Assembly (NCBI GenBank): GCA_024238995.1
Contig: JANBVL010000003.1
Coordinates: 6,098 to 70,097, forward strand
DNA: 64,000 bases
From: Patescibacteria group bacterium
GTDB lineage: Bacteria; Patescibacteriota; Minisyncoccia; Minisyncoccales; JANBVM01
Direction of reading: 5' to 3'
The notes beneath the pieces were generated by a model that saw only the letters and a program-made list of their open reading frames with translations, did no database searches and was not told the origin of the DNA. Shown piece by piece: positions 63,718 through 64,000 of this stretch. Positions within the stretch are counted from its first letter, which is position 1. Each line of letters begins with the position of its first letter. Made by a program: the position numbers and the translations under genes.

Positions 63718-64000
63718 TTATTTAAGAATTTCGAAACGAAAAGCGTCTGGCTGTTTAGGATTATAAATATCGCTTTGAGCGCTTACAAAATATGCTGTTT
63801 TCTTCCCTATATTTTTCACTGCATGAGAGATATGGGGAAGGAAAGTTATCACTTTTGGTTCTTTTTCAGAAAGCTGAAACGAAGTCTTTTCTTTTGTTTT
63901 TATATCCTGAAAAGCAAGCTTAACTTTTCCCGTAATAAGAAAAAACCATTCGATTCGTTTTGAGTGGTAGTGATTTCCTCTTACATGTCCTGGTTTAATT
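63718..64000 (-). CDS. cupin-fold sugar-nucleotide epimerase/isomerase-like protein, C-terminal 93 codons; 5' end beyond the window
   Basis: Not in the ORF track. Hand translation gives IKPGHVRGNHYHSKRIEWFFLITGKVKLAFQD...HAVKNIGKKTAYFVSAQSDIYNPKQPDAFRFEILK*, the cupin GxxRGxHxH...E...G pattern. The stop TAA is at 63720-63718. Confidence 0.6.
   Translation of the reverse strand, partial: IKPGHVRGNHYHSKRIEWFFLITGKVKLAFQDIKTKEKTSFQLSEKEPKVITFLPHISHAVKNIGKKTAYFVSAQSDIYNPKQPDAFRFEILK

Noticed and set aside
1-64000. CRISPR arrays, transposases, integrases, phage genes, rRNA.
   Set aside because: I found no spaced direct repeats and no recombinase or transposase-like ORFs. The only tandem repeats (17967-18064, 43321-43392) are in-frame coding repeats.
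1-64000. Alternative genetic code (UGA reassignment, as in some candidate phyla).
   Set aside because: Long uninterrupted ORFs are obtained with the standard code. RF2, which reads UGA, is present, and its autoregulatory site uses UGA as a stop.

Overview
The window is a low-GC, very gene-dense bacterial chromosome segment with about 62 protein genes, 3 tRNAs and RNase P RNA. There is no CRISPR array, no rRNA and no recognisable mobile element. The gene content suggests a reduced-genome, CPR/Patescibacteria-like organism using the standard code, but that placement is inference only. The supporting features are an archaeal-type ApgM, an FMN-only GltB homologue, a BpsA-like polyamine enzyme, an O-antigen-ligase-TPR fusion, a histone-H1-like repeat protein, and no Shine-Dalgarno motif at any start I checked. 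From 1 to 48.7 kb almost every gene is on the minus strand. These genes cover central carbon metabolism (ppsA, acs, gap, eno, apgM, pgk), a compact Rrf2-NifS-NifU-MnmA-ThiI sulfur operon, and cell division and envelope functions (ftsZ, ftsEX, divIC-like, murJ, murB). They also include prfB with its programmed +1 frameshift, lepA, secA, a RelE/Phd toxin-antitoxin pair, and a four-gene polyamine operon. From 46.7 kb to the right edge lies a glycan-assembly locus of more than 17 kb. It has an unusual density of radical-SAM enzymes (3) and SAM methyltransferases (3), plus 5 glycosyltransferases, an initiating phosphoglycosyltransferase, a flippase and a ligase. I rank this locus the most likely undescribed system. 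The other candidates, in rough order:
- a two-gene module pairing a membrane protein with a coupling-protein-like ATPase that carries a CxxC-x17-CxxC zinc ribbon
- an FtsZ with N-terminal AT-hook repeats
- a divergent promoter pair, apparently leaderless, that shares one palindromic -35 hexamer
- structured leaders upstream of speH and murB

Several ORF-track starts were revised: ppsA and the prfB N-terminus are missing from the track, and some listed starts are TTG or over-extended. All family calls come from motifs read by eye. No database search was run.
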